NCBI GenBank assembly: GCA_963813025.1
Contig: CAWEXO010000005.1
Location: 192,001 to 256,000, forward strand
Direction of reading: 5' to 3'
Length of the DNA: 64,000 nt
DNA from: an uncultured Verrucomicrobiae bacterium
GTDB taxonomy: Bacteria > Verrucomicrobiota > Verrucomicrobiia > Chthoniobacterales > JAFAMB01
This document shows positions 30,338 through 41,924 of this stretch, in pieces. The first letter of the stretch is position 1. Each line of letters starts with the position of its first letter. A model generated the notes under the pieces. It saw only the letters and a program-made list of their open reading frames with translations, searched no databases and was not told the origin of the DNA. The translations under genes were made by a program, and so were the position numbers.

Positions 30338-33040
30338 TCACTCCTGCGCGGCGGTTTTGAGGTCAAGAGCGACAAAACGCAACAATTCCTCATCCGGCAT
30401 TTCTGTCAGCAGGTTTTGCTCGCCGCCCTCAAGCAACTCCGCTGCTAGACTCTTCTTTTCCTCGATCAGGTTGTTGATTCGTTCCTCAACCGTGCCCCGA
30501 CAAACAAACTTGTGCACCAAAACGTTTTTCTTTTGTCCGATGCGGAAAGCGCGATCGGTGGCCTGGTTTTCAACGGCTGGATTCCACCAACGATCGAAGT
30601 GGATCACGTGAGAAGCGGCGGTGAGGTTCAACCCTGTCCCGCCAGCTTTCAACGAAAGGACGAAGAACGGAGGCCCGGTGTCCTCCTGAAAGTGCTCCAC
30701 CAGTCGTTGACGCACTTTTACGGCGGTGCTGCCGTGCAGGATCAGGCCGGACCGCCCAAAAATGCGCTGCAGATGATTCGCAAGCGGTTCGGTCATTTCT
30801 TTGAACTGGGTGAAAATCAGCGCTTTCTCCTGTCGGGCGCCGATCTCTTCACTCAGCTCGGACAGCCGCGCAAACTTTCCGCTCCCGGAGGGATCGAAGA
30901 CGCCGTCGCCGAGCCAATGCGAGGGATGATTGCAGATCTGTTTCAACCGGATCAGGAACGCCAGGATCAGTCCACGCCGCTGGATACCGGTCACGCTCTC
31001 GAGCTTTTCGGCTAATTCCTTAACCGACTGTTCGTAAAGAGCTGCCTGCGCTTTGCTCAACACGCACCAAGCTGCTACTTCGGTCTTGTCCGGTAAATCG
31101 CTGATAACGTTCTTGTCGGTTTTAAGCCGCCGCAAGATGTAGGGCCGGGTAAGATTGCGTAACGGCGCGAAATGACGGACGTGATCATCGCTCAGACGCT
31201 TGATTGTTTGCCCAAATTCACCGGCGCTGCCTAGCAATCCGGGACAGATGAAATCGAACAGCGACCAGAGATCGCCCAGCCGGTTCTCGATCGGTGTACC
31301 TGTGAGCGCGATCCGTGCCTGTGCACGCAGCTCCTTCACCGTCCGTGTTTGTCGAGCCTCCGGGTTCTTGATAGCCTGCGCTTCATCGAGCACAACCAGC
31401 CGCCACTCGGCTTGTCTCAAAGATGGCAACCGCGCTAGCAAACCATAGGTCGTTACTACGAGATCTTTCCCGGACAGTTTGCTCGCCGGATCAGTGACGA
31501 TTTCTTTGAACCGTTGGGGTGGCGTTTCCGAAGGATGAACGAAAAAGACCTCCAGCGCCGGAGCAAATCGAGCGATCTCGCTTTTCCAGTTGGCCAGGAG
31601 AGAAGCTGGTGCGACGAGCAGGGATGGCGAAACGGCTTGGGAACCAACGGATTCCCGCTTGAGTTGCAACAGCAGAGCCAGAGTCTGAATCGTTTTGCCA
31701 AGCCCCATATCATCAGCCAGACAGGCGCCCAACCCGAGCCTGGACATAAACCAGAGCCAGCGGACCCCCTTGGATTGGTAGCCACGCAACTGCGCGCATA
31801 GATCCCGGCCCGGATCGAATCCGTCGATCAGCGACGGGTCGCGCATCGCGCCCAACATTTTGCGCAACCATTCGCCCGGTACGACCTCCGACCAGGCCCG
31901 AGTTTCTGCCTGCGCCAAGGGGTCACCTTCTTTGATGCGCCCAACTCCGGCCAGTAACCGCATCCCTTCGAGAAACGAGATGTCGCCACCGGATCTCTCG
32001 ATACGCTGCCAGTGGGCAAGCACCTGGTTCAGCCTGTCTCTGTCGATCTCGACCCATTTGCCCTTCAGCAAAACGAGTCCTTCTCTCGCGCTCATCAACT
32101 GGCGCCATTCGGCAGCCGTCAATTGTTCTCCATCAAGGGCTATCTCGACGGAGAAATCCATCAGACTTTGCAGGCTGAGCAGATCCGTCGCTTTCTCTCC
32201 GATTCGGACATTGACTTGCGGGCGTGCGGGGCGTCCGCTTTTCCACCAGTCGGGTACTCGGACCAGCAGCCCGCTTTCTTCGAAAGCCGGGATATGGCGC
32301 AGGAAACGGTGAGCATCTCCTGGCGTCCAGGCCAACGGCTGAAAAAGCCGGCGGGTTTCCACCAGTTCCCGCGCCAAGTCGCTCTTTTCTGCCGCGCGCT
32401 GGACTGGCGAAAGCAGAGCCGTAAGAGCAGCCTTGTTCTTCGTTCCGCCATACTCCTGCAAGGCTCGGGCCAACGGCAGATGCTGCGGTTTCCCACGGTC
32501 AGAAAGCCGATGCGTGTAGGTCGCCAGAAAGGCAAATGGACGATTTGGATCGCGTTTATTTTCTGCCAGATGAAACGTCACCCGACCGACGGTATGCCAA
32601 AGAGGATTTCGTGATTTCAGCCAGGCGGATAGCCCAGTCAGGCTGCTTTCCTGGATCACAAGATCACCGAACTCCTGCCAAAGTTTCTCCAGTAGACTCA
32701 GGGTGAGAAATTCGCCACCTCGCATCGGTGGCGCCTGTTGCACGAAATCAGAGAGTTCACTCCGAGTGGGCGCCAACAATGGCGCCGGCCCGGTGTCGCT
32801 CTCGCTGATCTGGCAAAGCCGTTGCAGGTAGCCTCGGGAGAAATCGCGCCAATAAGCCGGTGAGGGTGGCAGAGGAACAGTTAACACTTCAGTCGCTAGC
32901 AGCAGAAGCCCTGCTGCCGCCGATTTTTCCAAAGCCGCACTGAGCTCTGCACCCAATTTCTCATCGACCTCCGGCACAATTTCGGGTACTCGCTCGACAA
33001 ACAGCCGGCCACCCGGAGAAATAGCAATTCCCAGCGACAT
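30338..33040 (-). CDS. SNF2-family (DEAD/DEAH-like) helicase/ATPase
   Basis: LADDMGLGKT, LDEAQAIKN, ALTGTPIENRL, SLKAGGTGLNLT, DRWWNPAVENQATDRAFRIGQ. Confidence 0.95.
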   Translation of the reverse strand: MSLGIAISPGGRLFVERVPEIVPEVDEKLGAELSAALEKSAAAGLLLLATEVLTVPLPPSPAYWRDFSRGYLQRLCQISESDTGPAPLLAPTRSELSDFVQQAPPMRGGEFLTLSLLEKLWQEFGDLVIQESSLTGLSAWLKSRNPLWHTVGRVTFHLAENKRDPNRPFAFLATYTHRLSDRGKPQHLPLARALQEYGGTKNKAALTALLSPVQRAAEKSDLARELVETRRLFQPLAWTPGDAHRFLRHIPAFEESGLLVRVPDWWKSGRPARPQVNVRIGEKATDLLSLQSLMDFSVEIALDGEQLTAAEWRQLMSAREGLVLLKGKWVEIDRDRLNQVLAHWQRIERSGGDISFLEGMRLLAGVGRIKEGDPLAQAETRAWSEVVPGEWLRKMLGAMRDPSLIDGFDPGRDLCAQLRGYQSKGVRWLWFMSRLGLGACLADDMGLGKTIQTLALLLQLKRESVGSQAVSPSLLVAPASLLANWKSEIARFAPALEVFFVHPSETPPQRFKEIVTDPASKLSGKDLVVTTYGLLARLPSLRQAEWRLVVLDEAQAIKNPEARQTRTVKELRAQARIALTGTPIENRLGDLWSLFDFICPGLLGSAGEFGQTIKRLSDDHVRHFAPLRNLTRPYILRRLKTDKNVISDLPDKTEVAAWCVLSKAQAALYEQSVKELAEKLESVTGIQRRGLILAFLIRLKQICNHPSHWLGDGVFDPSGSGKFARLSELSEEIGARQEKALIFTQFKEMTEPLANHLQRIFGRSGLILHGSTAVKVRQRLVEHFQEDTGPPFFVLSLKAGGTGLNLTAASHVIHFDRWWNPAVENQATDRAFRIGQKKNVLVHKFVCRGTVEERINNLIEEKKSLAAELLEGGEQNLLTEMPDEELLRFVALDLKTAAQE

Positions 33041-33230
33041 AAGATAACGGTTCTGAGCATGCGGCCTGCGATAAGAGCGTCAAGACCGATTGGCAATTGG
33101 GAATGGAAAAGAAGGGCGGGTCAAAATCAGACTGTTCTCCCAGCTCCCCGTGCAACAGGCCGCAATTGCTGGCAGAATGGTCGCCCGGGCCCGCGACATT
33201 TTTCTGGATCTTGGCCGGTGTGAAATTCTT

Positions 33231-33383
33231 TTGAACAGAAGGAAGTAAAGTTAGGAAAGTTTCGGAGCCTTAGGTAGTAGCTTTGGGGTCGGCTCCTCGA
33301 AAGACGCTTTCCCAATCTGGCCGCGGCCCTTTTGCCGAGAAAGGCGAACTCTCCTTTGCTTCCTTTGTTTCCTTTTTGTTTAT
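33231..33383. repeat. Pair of inverted purine/pyrimidine-biased low-complexity repeats (REP-like)
   Basis: ttgaacagaaggaagtaaagttaggaaag versus ctcctttgcttcctttgtttcctttttgttta. Confidence 0.4.
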
Positions 33384-33754
33384 GTATGAGAAAACCACCT
33401 CCGAATACCTTTGGCAAAAAATCCCACCTCAAAAACTCATCCGGGTCGCGCCAGTTGGGTTCCTTTGCGCGTTGCGGATCGAAAAACGGATCATCGCGGG
33501 GGTATCGGCGCCGCAAAGACCCACGGCGCAGGAATGAATTGCAGCGTGCTTAGTGTCTCGCCCGAAGCGAGTTCGTTTAGCGCCGCATCCACCGCCGCTC
33601 TCATTCGGTTCGGTTCCGTCAAATGAGAAGACAATAAATGTCCAAGATTCGAAAGTGCTTGGAAACTTTACTAAATAGATCGGCACTCCTAGAACAAACC
33701 TGCTATTGCTTCCCGCTTTCTCCGGGCGGGATGAGTGTGCGGCAGACGAGCGCC

Positions 33755-34010
33755 ATTGCCGCAGCTCCTCGAAGCGATGAACGCCGGTGCCATTGACCTT
33801 GGACACACCGGTGAAGCGCCTCCGATCTTTGCGCAGGCTGCGAATAATCCATTTGTCTATGTCGGCAATCAACGCCCCGATCCGTCGGGCGAGGCCATTC
33901 TCGTCGCCGAGAATTCTCCGATCAAGACCGTGGCCGAGCGCTGACGCCTTTTTCAGCCTGAATTTAGTTCCGAAGAAGCTGAATGTCATTGAAGCGACCC
34001 AGCCGGCGAG
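33755..34010 (+). pseudogene. Aliphatic sulfonate ABC substrate-binding protein (SsuA-like) remnant, internally deleted
   Basis: PQLLEAMNAGAIDLGHTGEAPPIFAQAA...SPIKTVAE joined to C-terminal ADAFFSLNLVPKKLNV. Confidence 0.75.
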
Positions 34011-34061
34011 ATGACAACAAGAGTCACAACGGGCGATCACTTGCTCGCTCTTGAACTAGTA

Positions 34062-35191
34062 CTAGTGCCTAATTGCGTAAGTTAGTTATATGTATGGCGA
34101 CTTTCCCCTGATGTACCTGGGATTTGGTCCATTCGAAGGGAGCCGCATTGTTATTGTAGTTCTTGATGAAGGTGTCGATGGCGTTGCGCAGCTCTGCCAC
34201 GCTGGTGAAGTTTGCCCCCTGGAGGGCTTGGCGGCTCAAGATACTAAACCAGATCTCAATCTGGTTGAGCCAAGAAGCGTGGGTTGGAGTGAAATGAAAA
34301 TGCACATTGGGGTGAGCCTTCAACCAGCGATCTTGCTTTGGCTTATGGGTCGCAAGGTTGTCTAAGACCACATGAATTTCTTTGTCGAGATTTCCGGCAA
34401 CTACCTGGTTCATAAACTCCAGGAATTCCCGTCGGCGCTGGCGCCGGTAATGACCAGCCTGCACTTGGCCGCTGGCAATGTTGAGGGCGGCAAAGAGAGT
34501 GGAGGTGCCATGGCGCTTGTACTCGTGGCTAAAACCCGTCAGCGCCCTGCCATTGGGCAAGCGAATCCAACCTTGGGCTCTTTCCAGGGCTTGAATGGCT
34601 GGTTTTTCATCAATGGCCAAGATGAGCGCATTCTGGGGCGGATTGAGATAAAGACCGACAATGTCAGCGGCCTTGCGCACAAACTCCGGATCGGTGGAAA
34701 TGCACCAGCTGCGGCGCCGTTCCAATTCAATGCCTTGTTGGCGCAAAATGCGCCAGACTTGATCGGAGGAAACATCGGCCAGACTCTGCGCCAGCAGTCG
34801 CCCATTCCAGCGCCCGTAGCCCGCCGGTGGATCTTCATCCAGCAGCGCCAAGACCCGCTTGACCGTCATTTGATCATACTTGGCCGGCTTTCCACTGCGT
34901 GGCGCGTCTTCCAAGCCAGCCAGGCCTTGGCGCACAAAGCGCCGCCGCCATTTACTCACCGTCACCTCGGGAATGCGCAGGCTCTTGGCAATCGCACGTC
35001 CACTCAAGCCCGCTGCCGCCTTCAAGATAATCTGACTCCTGACCTTGAGCCGGTGTTCGACCCGTTGCGCTCGACTCCAACCCTCCAAGAGCTTGCGGTT
35101 TTCCACAGAAAGTTTGATGCGACCCGTTGCCATCCATCCAACAAATCATAATTTTTCATAAATATAAAGAACTAAAGCAACTAAGTACTAG
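34062..35191 (-). mobile_element. IS630 family element, copy A; intact transposase 34069-35133
   Basis: DEK, HEYKRHGT, VVLDNLATHK, TPTHASWLNQIEIWF motifs; ends CTAGTGCCTAATTGCG / CTAGTACTTAGTTGCT. Confidence 0.95.
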
Positions 35192-35290
35192 CATAGTAGA
35201 CAAATTCCGCTTTGGCGGGAAATTTTCATCGCTACCTGCGACGGACTCGAATGGTTCTCTGGCCAACTTAACGTTCCGACCAAAATCGCT

Positions 35291-36763
35291 GTGGCAAAGA
35301 ATCAGGCTTTTCTCCCGCGAGCTGATCGCTATGTCGATGTGGCGATCATCGGCGCGGGCTTTAGCGGGTCGATGGTCGCAGTACATCTTGCGCATACTCT
35401 GCGTTGTGCCCGCGACATCGCTCTGATTGAAAAACAGCGCCGAACCGGACCCGGAATTGCGTACGGCACGGACAATCCGCTCCACCTGCTGAACGTGCCG
35501 GCGGGCAAGATGAGTGCTTATCCGGATAAGCCTTCCCACTTCCTGGAGTGGCTGAGAGAACACCCCGAGCTGGTCCGCCAATACCGGCTGGATCCACTCA
35601 CCGAGCAAACTTTTGTTCCACGGAGTCTTTTTGGGCTTTACCTTGCGCTCCTGGTTCGACGCGGTGCAATTCGGAGCGGACACGTTCATCGTTTTGAACG
35701 GGAAGCCGTTGATCTCATAAAGGCCTCCGACGGATCGTTCCACGTCCTGCTGGCGGATCACACGACCATCTTCGCACGAAAAGTGGTCCTGGCTCTTGGC
35801 AATTTCCCGCCGGGCGATCCGGTTGTTGCCGACCAGCGATTTCATCGATCGAACAATTACCTCACGGACCCGTGGAGTTCCGCGACGCTCGAGAAGCTCT
35901 CTCAATCTGGCGACATTCTTATCCTTGGGTCTGGCTTAACCGCGCTCGACCTCATCCTGAGTCTGAACGAAATGAAACAGAACGGGACGATTTACGTCCT
36001 GTCGCGGCACGGACACTTCCCGCATCGCCATGCCCAGACTGAGTCATACCCATTCGAGCAGGCGGACCTCCAAGAGATGCGTACCGTCCGGGGCCTGCTT
36101 CGTGCCGTCAGAAACGAAGTTTCGCTTGCGGGACGAGCGAAAATCGGTTGGCGTTCCGTAATTGATGCGCTGCGACCGCACACTCAGGCGATCTGGCAGC
36201 GACTAGATTTGGCCGAAAGACGTCGTTTCTTCAGACATTTGCGGCCGTACTGGGAAATTCATCGCCACCGAGCCGCTCCACAAGCCCTCGATGTAAAGGA
36301 TGCAATGGAGAAGGCCGGCCGACTGCGCTGTTATCAAGGAAGAGTTGAGCGCATTGTGGAACGTGAGAATACCCTGTTTGTCAAGTTTTGGAATCGTTCG
36401 CGCATCGGAAGCGAAATTGCGGTCAGCCTCGTAATCAATTGCACTGGGCCGGAATGTAATTATCACAAGCTGAAAGATCCGCTTGTTCTCCAACTCTTTT
36501 TGCATGGCCTTGCCCGACCCGATCCACTGTTTCTTGGGTTTGACGTCGACGACCAAGGACACCTGATCGACGTTACTAGCCGCGCCGTTCCGAACCTTTA
36601 CACGTTAGGAAGCACGCAAAAAGGTCGACTCCTTGAGACGACCGCAGTGCCCGAGCTTGGACGGCAAGCAGTCGAACTGGCCACGCTCCTGGCCGACGAG
36701 CTCCAAAAAGCTACGCGTCTAGCCCTCGAAGAGCTTCCAGTGGGTCATTCCTTCGAGATCTAG
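35291..36763 (+). CDS. FAD/NAD(P)-binding protein (NAD_binding_9-like)
   Basis: VAIIGAGFSG, GIAYGT..HLLNVPAGKMSA, ILGSGLTALD, WEIHRHR, ETTAVPEL. Confidence 0.85.
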   Translation: MAKNQAFLPRADRYVDVAIIGAGFSGSMVAVHLAHTLRCARDIALIEKQRRTGPGIAYGTDNPLHLLNVPAGKMSAYPDKPSHFLEWLREHPELVRQYRLDPLTEQTFVPRSLFGLYLALLVRRGAIRSGHVHRFEREAVDLIKASDGSFHVLLADHTTIFARKVVLALGNFPPGDPVVADQRFHRSNNYLTDPWSSATLEKLSQSGDILILGSGLTALDLILSLNEMKQNGTIYVLSRHGHFPHRHAQTESYPFEQADLQEMRTVRGLLRAVRNEVSLAGRAKIGWRSVIDALRPHTQAIWQRLDLAERRRFFRHLRPYWEIHRHRAAPQALDVKDAMEKAGRLRCYQGRVERIVERENTLFVKFWNRSRIGSEIAVSLVINCTGPECNYHKLKDPLVLQLFLHGLARPDPLFLGFDVDDQGHLIDVTSRAVPNLYTLGSTQKGRLLETTAVPELGRQAVELATLLADELQKATRLALEELPVGHSFEI

Positions 36764-36848
36764 TAAAAGACTGAAGAGGAACCGACAGACGCTTTGGCTC
36801 GCTGTGGAACTGGGATGTCTACCTTCTCGTTTTCTTAGCACAAGGCGT

Positions 36849-38450
36849 CTATTTCAGCGCATGCACGGCGGCTCTTTCGATTGCAATTCCGTCTTTGTAA
36901 CGTTCCATGAAGGCCGTAAAGCCATCAACCTCTCCCTGGTCAGGAGCTATCGTCGTCGTATTGTCCCCTGCAAAGACCTTGTTGGAAAGATAGGCCTCCA
37001 AGGATTCGCTGTCTTTCTTACGGAGCATATAGGAGGCCAGCAATGCGATCCCCCATGCGCCGCCCTCGCCAGCGGTCTCCATCACGGACACGGGAACATT
37101 CATTGCTGCCGCCATGATCTTCTGGCCCACTTCCTCCGTTTTGAAGAAGCCGCCGTGACCGAGGATCTTGTCGATCTTCACTTGCTCCTCTTCAAAGAGG
37201 ATATCCATTCCGATCTTCAATGTACCGAGTGCCGAGAACAGATGCACACGCATGAAGTTCGAAAGTGAGAAGCGGCTTTCAGGCGTACGGACGAACAGTG
37301 GACGGCCCTCTTCAAGGTGTGTGATGGGCTCACCCGAAAAATAATTGTAGGCAAGAAGCCCGCCACCATCCGCATCACCCGTGAGTGCCTTCTTGTACAA
37401 CATTTCAAACAGCTTCGATTGACTGATCTCCACACCGAGCACATCCACGAATTCTCGGAAGAGACCGATCCATGCATTGAGATCGGACGTGCAGTTGTTA
37501 CTATGTGCCATAGCCACCGGCTTGCCGCTGGGCGTCGCCACCATATCGATCTCTGGGTGTACTTTCGAGAGTTCCTTTTCCAGAACGATCATGGCGAAGA
37601 CGGAAGTTCCTGCAGAAACGTTGCCCGTTCGCTCGGCAACGCTGTTAGTGGCCACCATGCCTGTGCCTGCGTCGCCCTCGGGCGGACAGAGTGGAATACC
37701 CTTCCGTAGTTGGGCCGTGGGATGGAGCAGCCGAGCGCCTTGTTCGGTAAGCCTCCCTGCAGCATCTCCTGCTACAAGGACTTTCGGAAGAATGTCCGGG
37801 AGCTTCCAGGCGATGTTTTCCACTTCGAGCCGTTTATTGAACAGCTCGATCTTGCTCGCATCGTAATCGTTGGTCTTGCTGTCGACGGGGAACATGCCCG
37901 ATGCGTCGCCGACGCCTAACACCTTCTGCCCCGTCAGTTTCCAATGGACATAGCCCGCCAGAGTGGTCTGATAGCTGATATCCTTGATATGGGGTTCCTT
38001 GTTCAATATTGCCTGATAGAGGTGGGCAATGCTCCAACGATGGGGAACGTTGAATTGGAACAGTTCAGTGAGGGCGGTCGCAGCCTGAGCGGTCGTGGTG
38101 TTTCGCCAGGTACGAAACGGGACGAGTAGATTTCCGCCCTTATCGAACGCCATATAACCGTGCATCATAGCGCTGAAGCCGATGGCACCAATGGTTTGCA
38201 GCGGGGTGTTGTAATTCTCGAAAACCTCCTTGCTAAGCTTTCGATAACTCTCCTGCAAGCCTGTCCAGACATCTTCAAGAGGGTACGTCCAGACGCCATT
38301 TGCGTATCGGTTTTCCCAATCATAGCTTCCCGACGCGATCGATGTGTGATCCTCATCGATCAGCACCGCTTTGATGCGAGTCGAGCCGAACTCAATGCCA
38401 AGAACGGTCTTTCCGCGATCAATTGCTTCTCGGGTATCGTTTCGATTCAT
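36849..38450 (-). CDS. FGGY-family pentulose kinase (xylulokinase/ribulokinase-like)
   Basis: [47 protein letters not shown]. Confidence 0.9.
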   Translation of the reverse strand: MNRNDTREAIDRGKTVLGIEFGSTRIKAVLIDEDHTSIASGSYDWENRYANGVWTYPLEDVWTGLQESYRKLSKEVFENYNTPLQTIGAIGFSAMMHGYMAFDKGGNLLVPFRTWRNTTTAQAATALTELFQFNVPHRWSIAHLYQAILNKEPHIKDISYQTTLAGYVHWKLTGQKVLGVGDASGMFPVDSKTNDYDASKIELFNKRLEVENIAWKLPDILPKVLVAGDAAGRLTEQGARLLHPTAQLRKGIPLCPPEGDAGTGMVATNSVAERTGNVSAGTSVFAMIVLEKELSKVHPEIDMVATPSGKPVAMAHSNNCTSDLNAWIGLFREFVDVLGVEISQSKLFEMLYKKALTGDADGGGLLAYNYFSGEPITHLEEGRPLFVRTPESRFSLSNFMRVHLFSALGTLKIGMDILFEEEQVKIDKILGHGGFFKTEEVGQKIMAAAMNVPVSVMETAGEGGAWGIALLASYMLRKKDSESLEAYLSNKVFAGDNTTTIAPDQGEVDGFTAFMERYKDGIAIERAAVHALK

Positions 38451-38629
38451 GTTTATCTGTCTTGAATTGAAGTCATTTCTTCAAACGGATTTTTCAGAGA
38501 AGAGACAGTGTTCATTCCACGCCATCCCTATCCGCACATTACTGATAGGAAATTGCGACGAGCACCCTCGGAGCCACTGGCGTCAACCTAACAAATACGC
38601 TCGCATCGTTTTGCTGTCGCACACGTTCT

Positions 38630-38909
38630 TTCAGTCAATGTCCGAACTGATCGGCGGCCTCGGTCCGCGCGGGAAGATGATTGTCGCCGGGGCTGGTAGC
38701 AGTCCAATCGAAGTCTCGCCTTGCACCTTTTGTTCGCTTCTCGCGGGATCGAAGGAACATTAACCGGCTCCGCCAGCGATAACGAGGACACGCTCGTTTT
38801 CAGCGTTCTCCAGAAGATCAAAGCGATGATCGAAACTGTGCCGTTGGAGAAAGCGGCTGAGGGTTATCATCGCATGACACGAAACGAAGCGCGGTTTCGC
38901 GTGGTATAA
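38630..38909 (+). pseudogene. Zn-dependent alcohol dehydrogenase C-terminal fragment
   Basis: LIGGLGPRGKMIV...GSASDNEDTL...MIETVPLEKAAEGY..ARFRVV. Confidence 0.65.
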
Positions 38910-39117
38910 TCGTCATCCGGCAGGCTTGAAGAACGCTTTCCAAAAACCGACATCGGCCTTGGCGTACCCTTTGCCATTTCTTTGCCACTTTTTCTGTTCT
39001 GAAGTGATCCGCAACGCGTTTCGCCCCTTGGTCGCATCATAAGGTGTCGCCAAAAAACCGCCCAACTACATTCAGCACAGCGCGCACATTAAGCCGGGCC
39101 GCGACGGTCTCTTCAAC

Positions 39118-39370
39118 TTGATCAAGAGCATCCCGCCCACCCTCAGGTATGAGCCGGGAGTAATCGTAGCAGAGGGAGACTTCGTCATCATCCACGGCCG
39201 CTTCTCGGGCTTCGGGCTGCCGGTCAACTGGATTGCGGCGGATATTGTCCGCATGAAAGACGGAATCCTGCTTGAGCACTGGGATGTCATTCAGGACGAG
39301 GCTACCAAGGAACAGTCCAAGAGCGGAAACCCGATGTTTGGAGACTCGTTCCCCGACCGCGCAGAGCGGC
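39118..39370 (+). pseudogene. SnoaL/NTF2-like protein C-terminal fragment
   Basis: VAEGDFVIIHGRFSG...AADIVRMKDGILLEHWDVIQDE. Confidence 0.7.
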
Positions 39371-39726
39371 AAAGTCTTCGCCTCAGCATCACACGTGAAC
39401 CGACAGGAGAGTCCGCTCCCGCCTCTCTCCTGCACCACGCCCGCTCCTTCGCCGCCTAGGATCAGAGTCGCCTTCGCGAGGGGGGAATTGGCTGAGAATC
39501 GTATGCTCGAGGCGTGACGCCGGCTGCAGTCATTCGCAGCAGGACTTTCCGGTCCCAGACCGTTGGTTTTGGAAGATCTACGAGCTTCAACCCTTCATAA
39601 CCGCTGAAGTGTTCAACTCTCATTGCACGCCTATCTCGGCATGCGGAAGCCGGAAATCGTTCGATAGCAGGATCCGAAATTTAGTAGAAGTTTGCCCATG
39701 CGGCGGATCGCGATTGAAAATAGGCC

Positions 39727-41517
39727 ATGAACACCAGCTCAAATGCGGTCAGAGGCGCTGAGACAGCGACCGAGCAGCTGCAGCTTGAACTGGAGCGGCT
39801 CCGGAGCGAACTCGACCGGTGTACCACTCGGTTGCAACTGACGGAAAAGCTGCTCGAGCATGTGGCCGATGCCGTTTTTGTCGCTGAACTCGATGGCCGG
39901 ATTATCGACGTAAATCCGGCTGCCTGCTCTCTGTTGGGCTATGAAAGGCAGGAGTTGCTCAAAATGCGCCCGTGGGATTTTGCCACAAGCGCCTCGTGGG
40001 AAGGAATTCTTGAATTGATAGGCACGATGGAGTTGGGATGTCCCGTCACGGTCCAACGCGCGTATCGATGCAAAAGCGGTGAACTGAAGATCGTCGACGT
40101 GAGGCTGTCTCGAGAAAATCACGCCGGCCGGGACTTGATCGTCGTATTCAGCCGGGATTTCACCGAACAGAAACGCCTTGAACTTCGGTCGCGTCAGAAC
40201 GGGAGAGATTTGACTGAAAGCCAGCGGTTCGCCAACTCTGGGAGCACGGCACTGGATCTCACGGAGGGGACAAGAATCGAAGAGGCATTGCGGCCGACCG
40301 AGGAGTACCTTCGACTCACAATTGATACAATTCCAATCCTCGCCTGGTGCAGCCGGCCTGATGGCTCGAGTGAATTCCTAAACCAGCGCTGGCTTGATTA
40401 CACAGGTCTTTCGATTGAGGCGGCGCGGGATTGGGGGTGGAAGATTGCCATTCACCCTGAAGATCTACCGCGCCTATTACATGTATGGCAGACGCTGTTG
40501 GCATCGGGGGAGCCAGGAGAATTGGAAGCTCGGCTGCAGCGTTTCGATGGGGTCTATCGTTGGTTCTTGTTCCGTGCCGAACCGCTTTTCGACGAGACGG
40601 GAAATATCGTCAAGTGGTATGGAACGAACACCGATATCGACGACCGCAAGTGGGCTGAAGCGGTCCTTGCCGCAGAGAAGAAGATTCTCGAATTGATCAC
40701 TGGGAACAATTCACTTGCTACAATCCTGGAGGCGCTGTGCCGGCTGGTTGAAGAAATGTTTAGCGGTTCTTTATGTACGATCCTGTTCTTGGATGCCGAT
40801 GGCGAGCGGCTGAGAAAAGGTGTAGCGCCGAGCTTCCCGCCGGATTTCATGACTGCGGTCGATGGAGTCAACATCGGTCCTCGTGTGGGCTCATGCGGAA
40901 CGGCCGCTTATAGGAAAGAAACAGTCATTGTCTCTGATATCAACACGGACCCTCTTTGGGCCGATTATCGTGAACTAGCCTTGGCCTATGGGCTGCAGGC
41001 AGGTTGGTCCACGCCAATACTATCCGCACAAGAGACGGTGTTAGGGACCTTCGCAATCTATTCCCGCGAGCCGCGCAGCCCAACACCGCAAGAGCGTAAG
41101 CTACTCGAGCAGTTTGCTCATGTTGCCAGTGTTGCCATTGAACACACGCGGGCTCAAGAAAGCTTGCGCCGAAGCGAAGCGAAATATCGAGATCTCATCG
41201 ACGTTTCGCCGGATGCGATCTATATCATCGATACTGACCTCACCTATGTCTTAGCAAATCCGGCAGGCGCGGAGTTAGCCGGGTGCACTCAGGAGGAACT
41301 GATTGGCACGCCGATTGGCGAGACCTTCGTGCCGGAAGAACGTCCCTTGTTGCCGGCGCGGATGGAGATGATGAAGACAGAGCCCTATCTGCGTTTTGAG
41401 AGGAAATTCGTCCGGAGAAACGGAGATATCGTTCCAGTGGAAGTTTCCCTGACCACGGTCCGCGGCCGGTATCTGCAGGCCGTCCTCCGAGACATCAGTG
41501 AGCAGTTCCAACTTTAG
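39727..41517 (+). pseudogene. PAS-PAS-GAF-PAS sensor region of a histidine kinase, truncated before the kinase domain
   Basis: VNPAAC, NQRWLDYTG..IHPED..WYGTNTDID, GSCGTAAY (GAF), ANPAGA; no H-box. Confidence 0.8.
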
Positions 41518-41537
41518 TAGGCGGACAGGTCAGAGGA

Positions 41538-41880
41538 ATGATCACTGTCCGTCATGCCGAGCGCGCACCATATCGGACTGAAGAGATTGGAATAACCCAA
41601 GCGCTCGCCCATCAAGTGATGCTGGCCATCCGACTCACCGAAGCTTTAAGCAATACTCTGAAGTATGCCCGTGCCAGGAATTTTCGGACACGCTTAATTT
41701 CCAATCCGAAAGAACTTCGTCTGGAACTCCGTGACGACGGCGATGGATTCCAAGTCAAAGAGCGGCATGACGGTGTCGGTCTGACTGGTATGCGCTAACG
41801 AGCCGCAGAAATGGGCGGCGAATTGAAAACCGTGAGCTCCCGAGGCAAAGGAACCACGGTCACGGCAATATTGCCCTTGA
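41538..41880 (+). pseudogene. HATPase_c remnant of NarX-type kinase (H-box region deleted, in-frame stop)
   Basis: EALSNTLKYA...LRDDGDGF...GVGLTGMR*RAAEMGG...GKGTTV. Confidence 0.75.
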
Positions 41881-41924
41881 ATCCAGAGCTGATGTTATGA
41901 ATCCAGAGCTGATGTTATGAATCC
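41878..41924. repeat. 20-bp tandem duplication
   Basis: (TGAATCCAGAGCTGATGTTA)x2 plus TGAATCC at the kinase/regulator junction. Confidence 0.85.

Noticed and set aside
34372..35151. 259-aa antisense ORF in IS630, repeated at 52928-53707
   Set aside because: Shadow of the transposase; conserved only because the IS is duplicated
41878..41924. 20-bp repeat as an att or regulatory site
   Set aside because: Simple tandem duplication at a gene junction with no other copy seen
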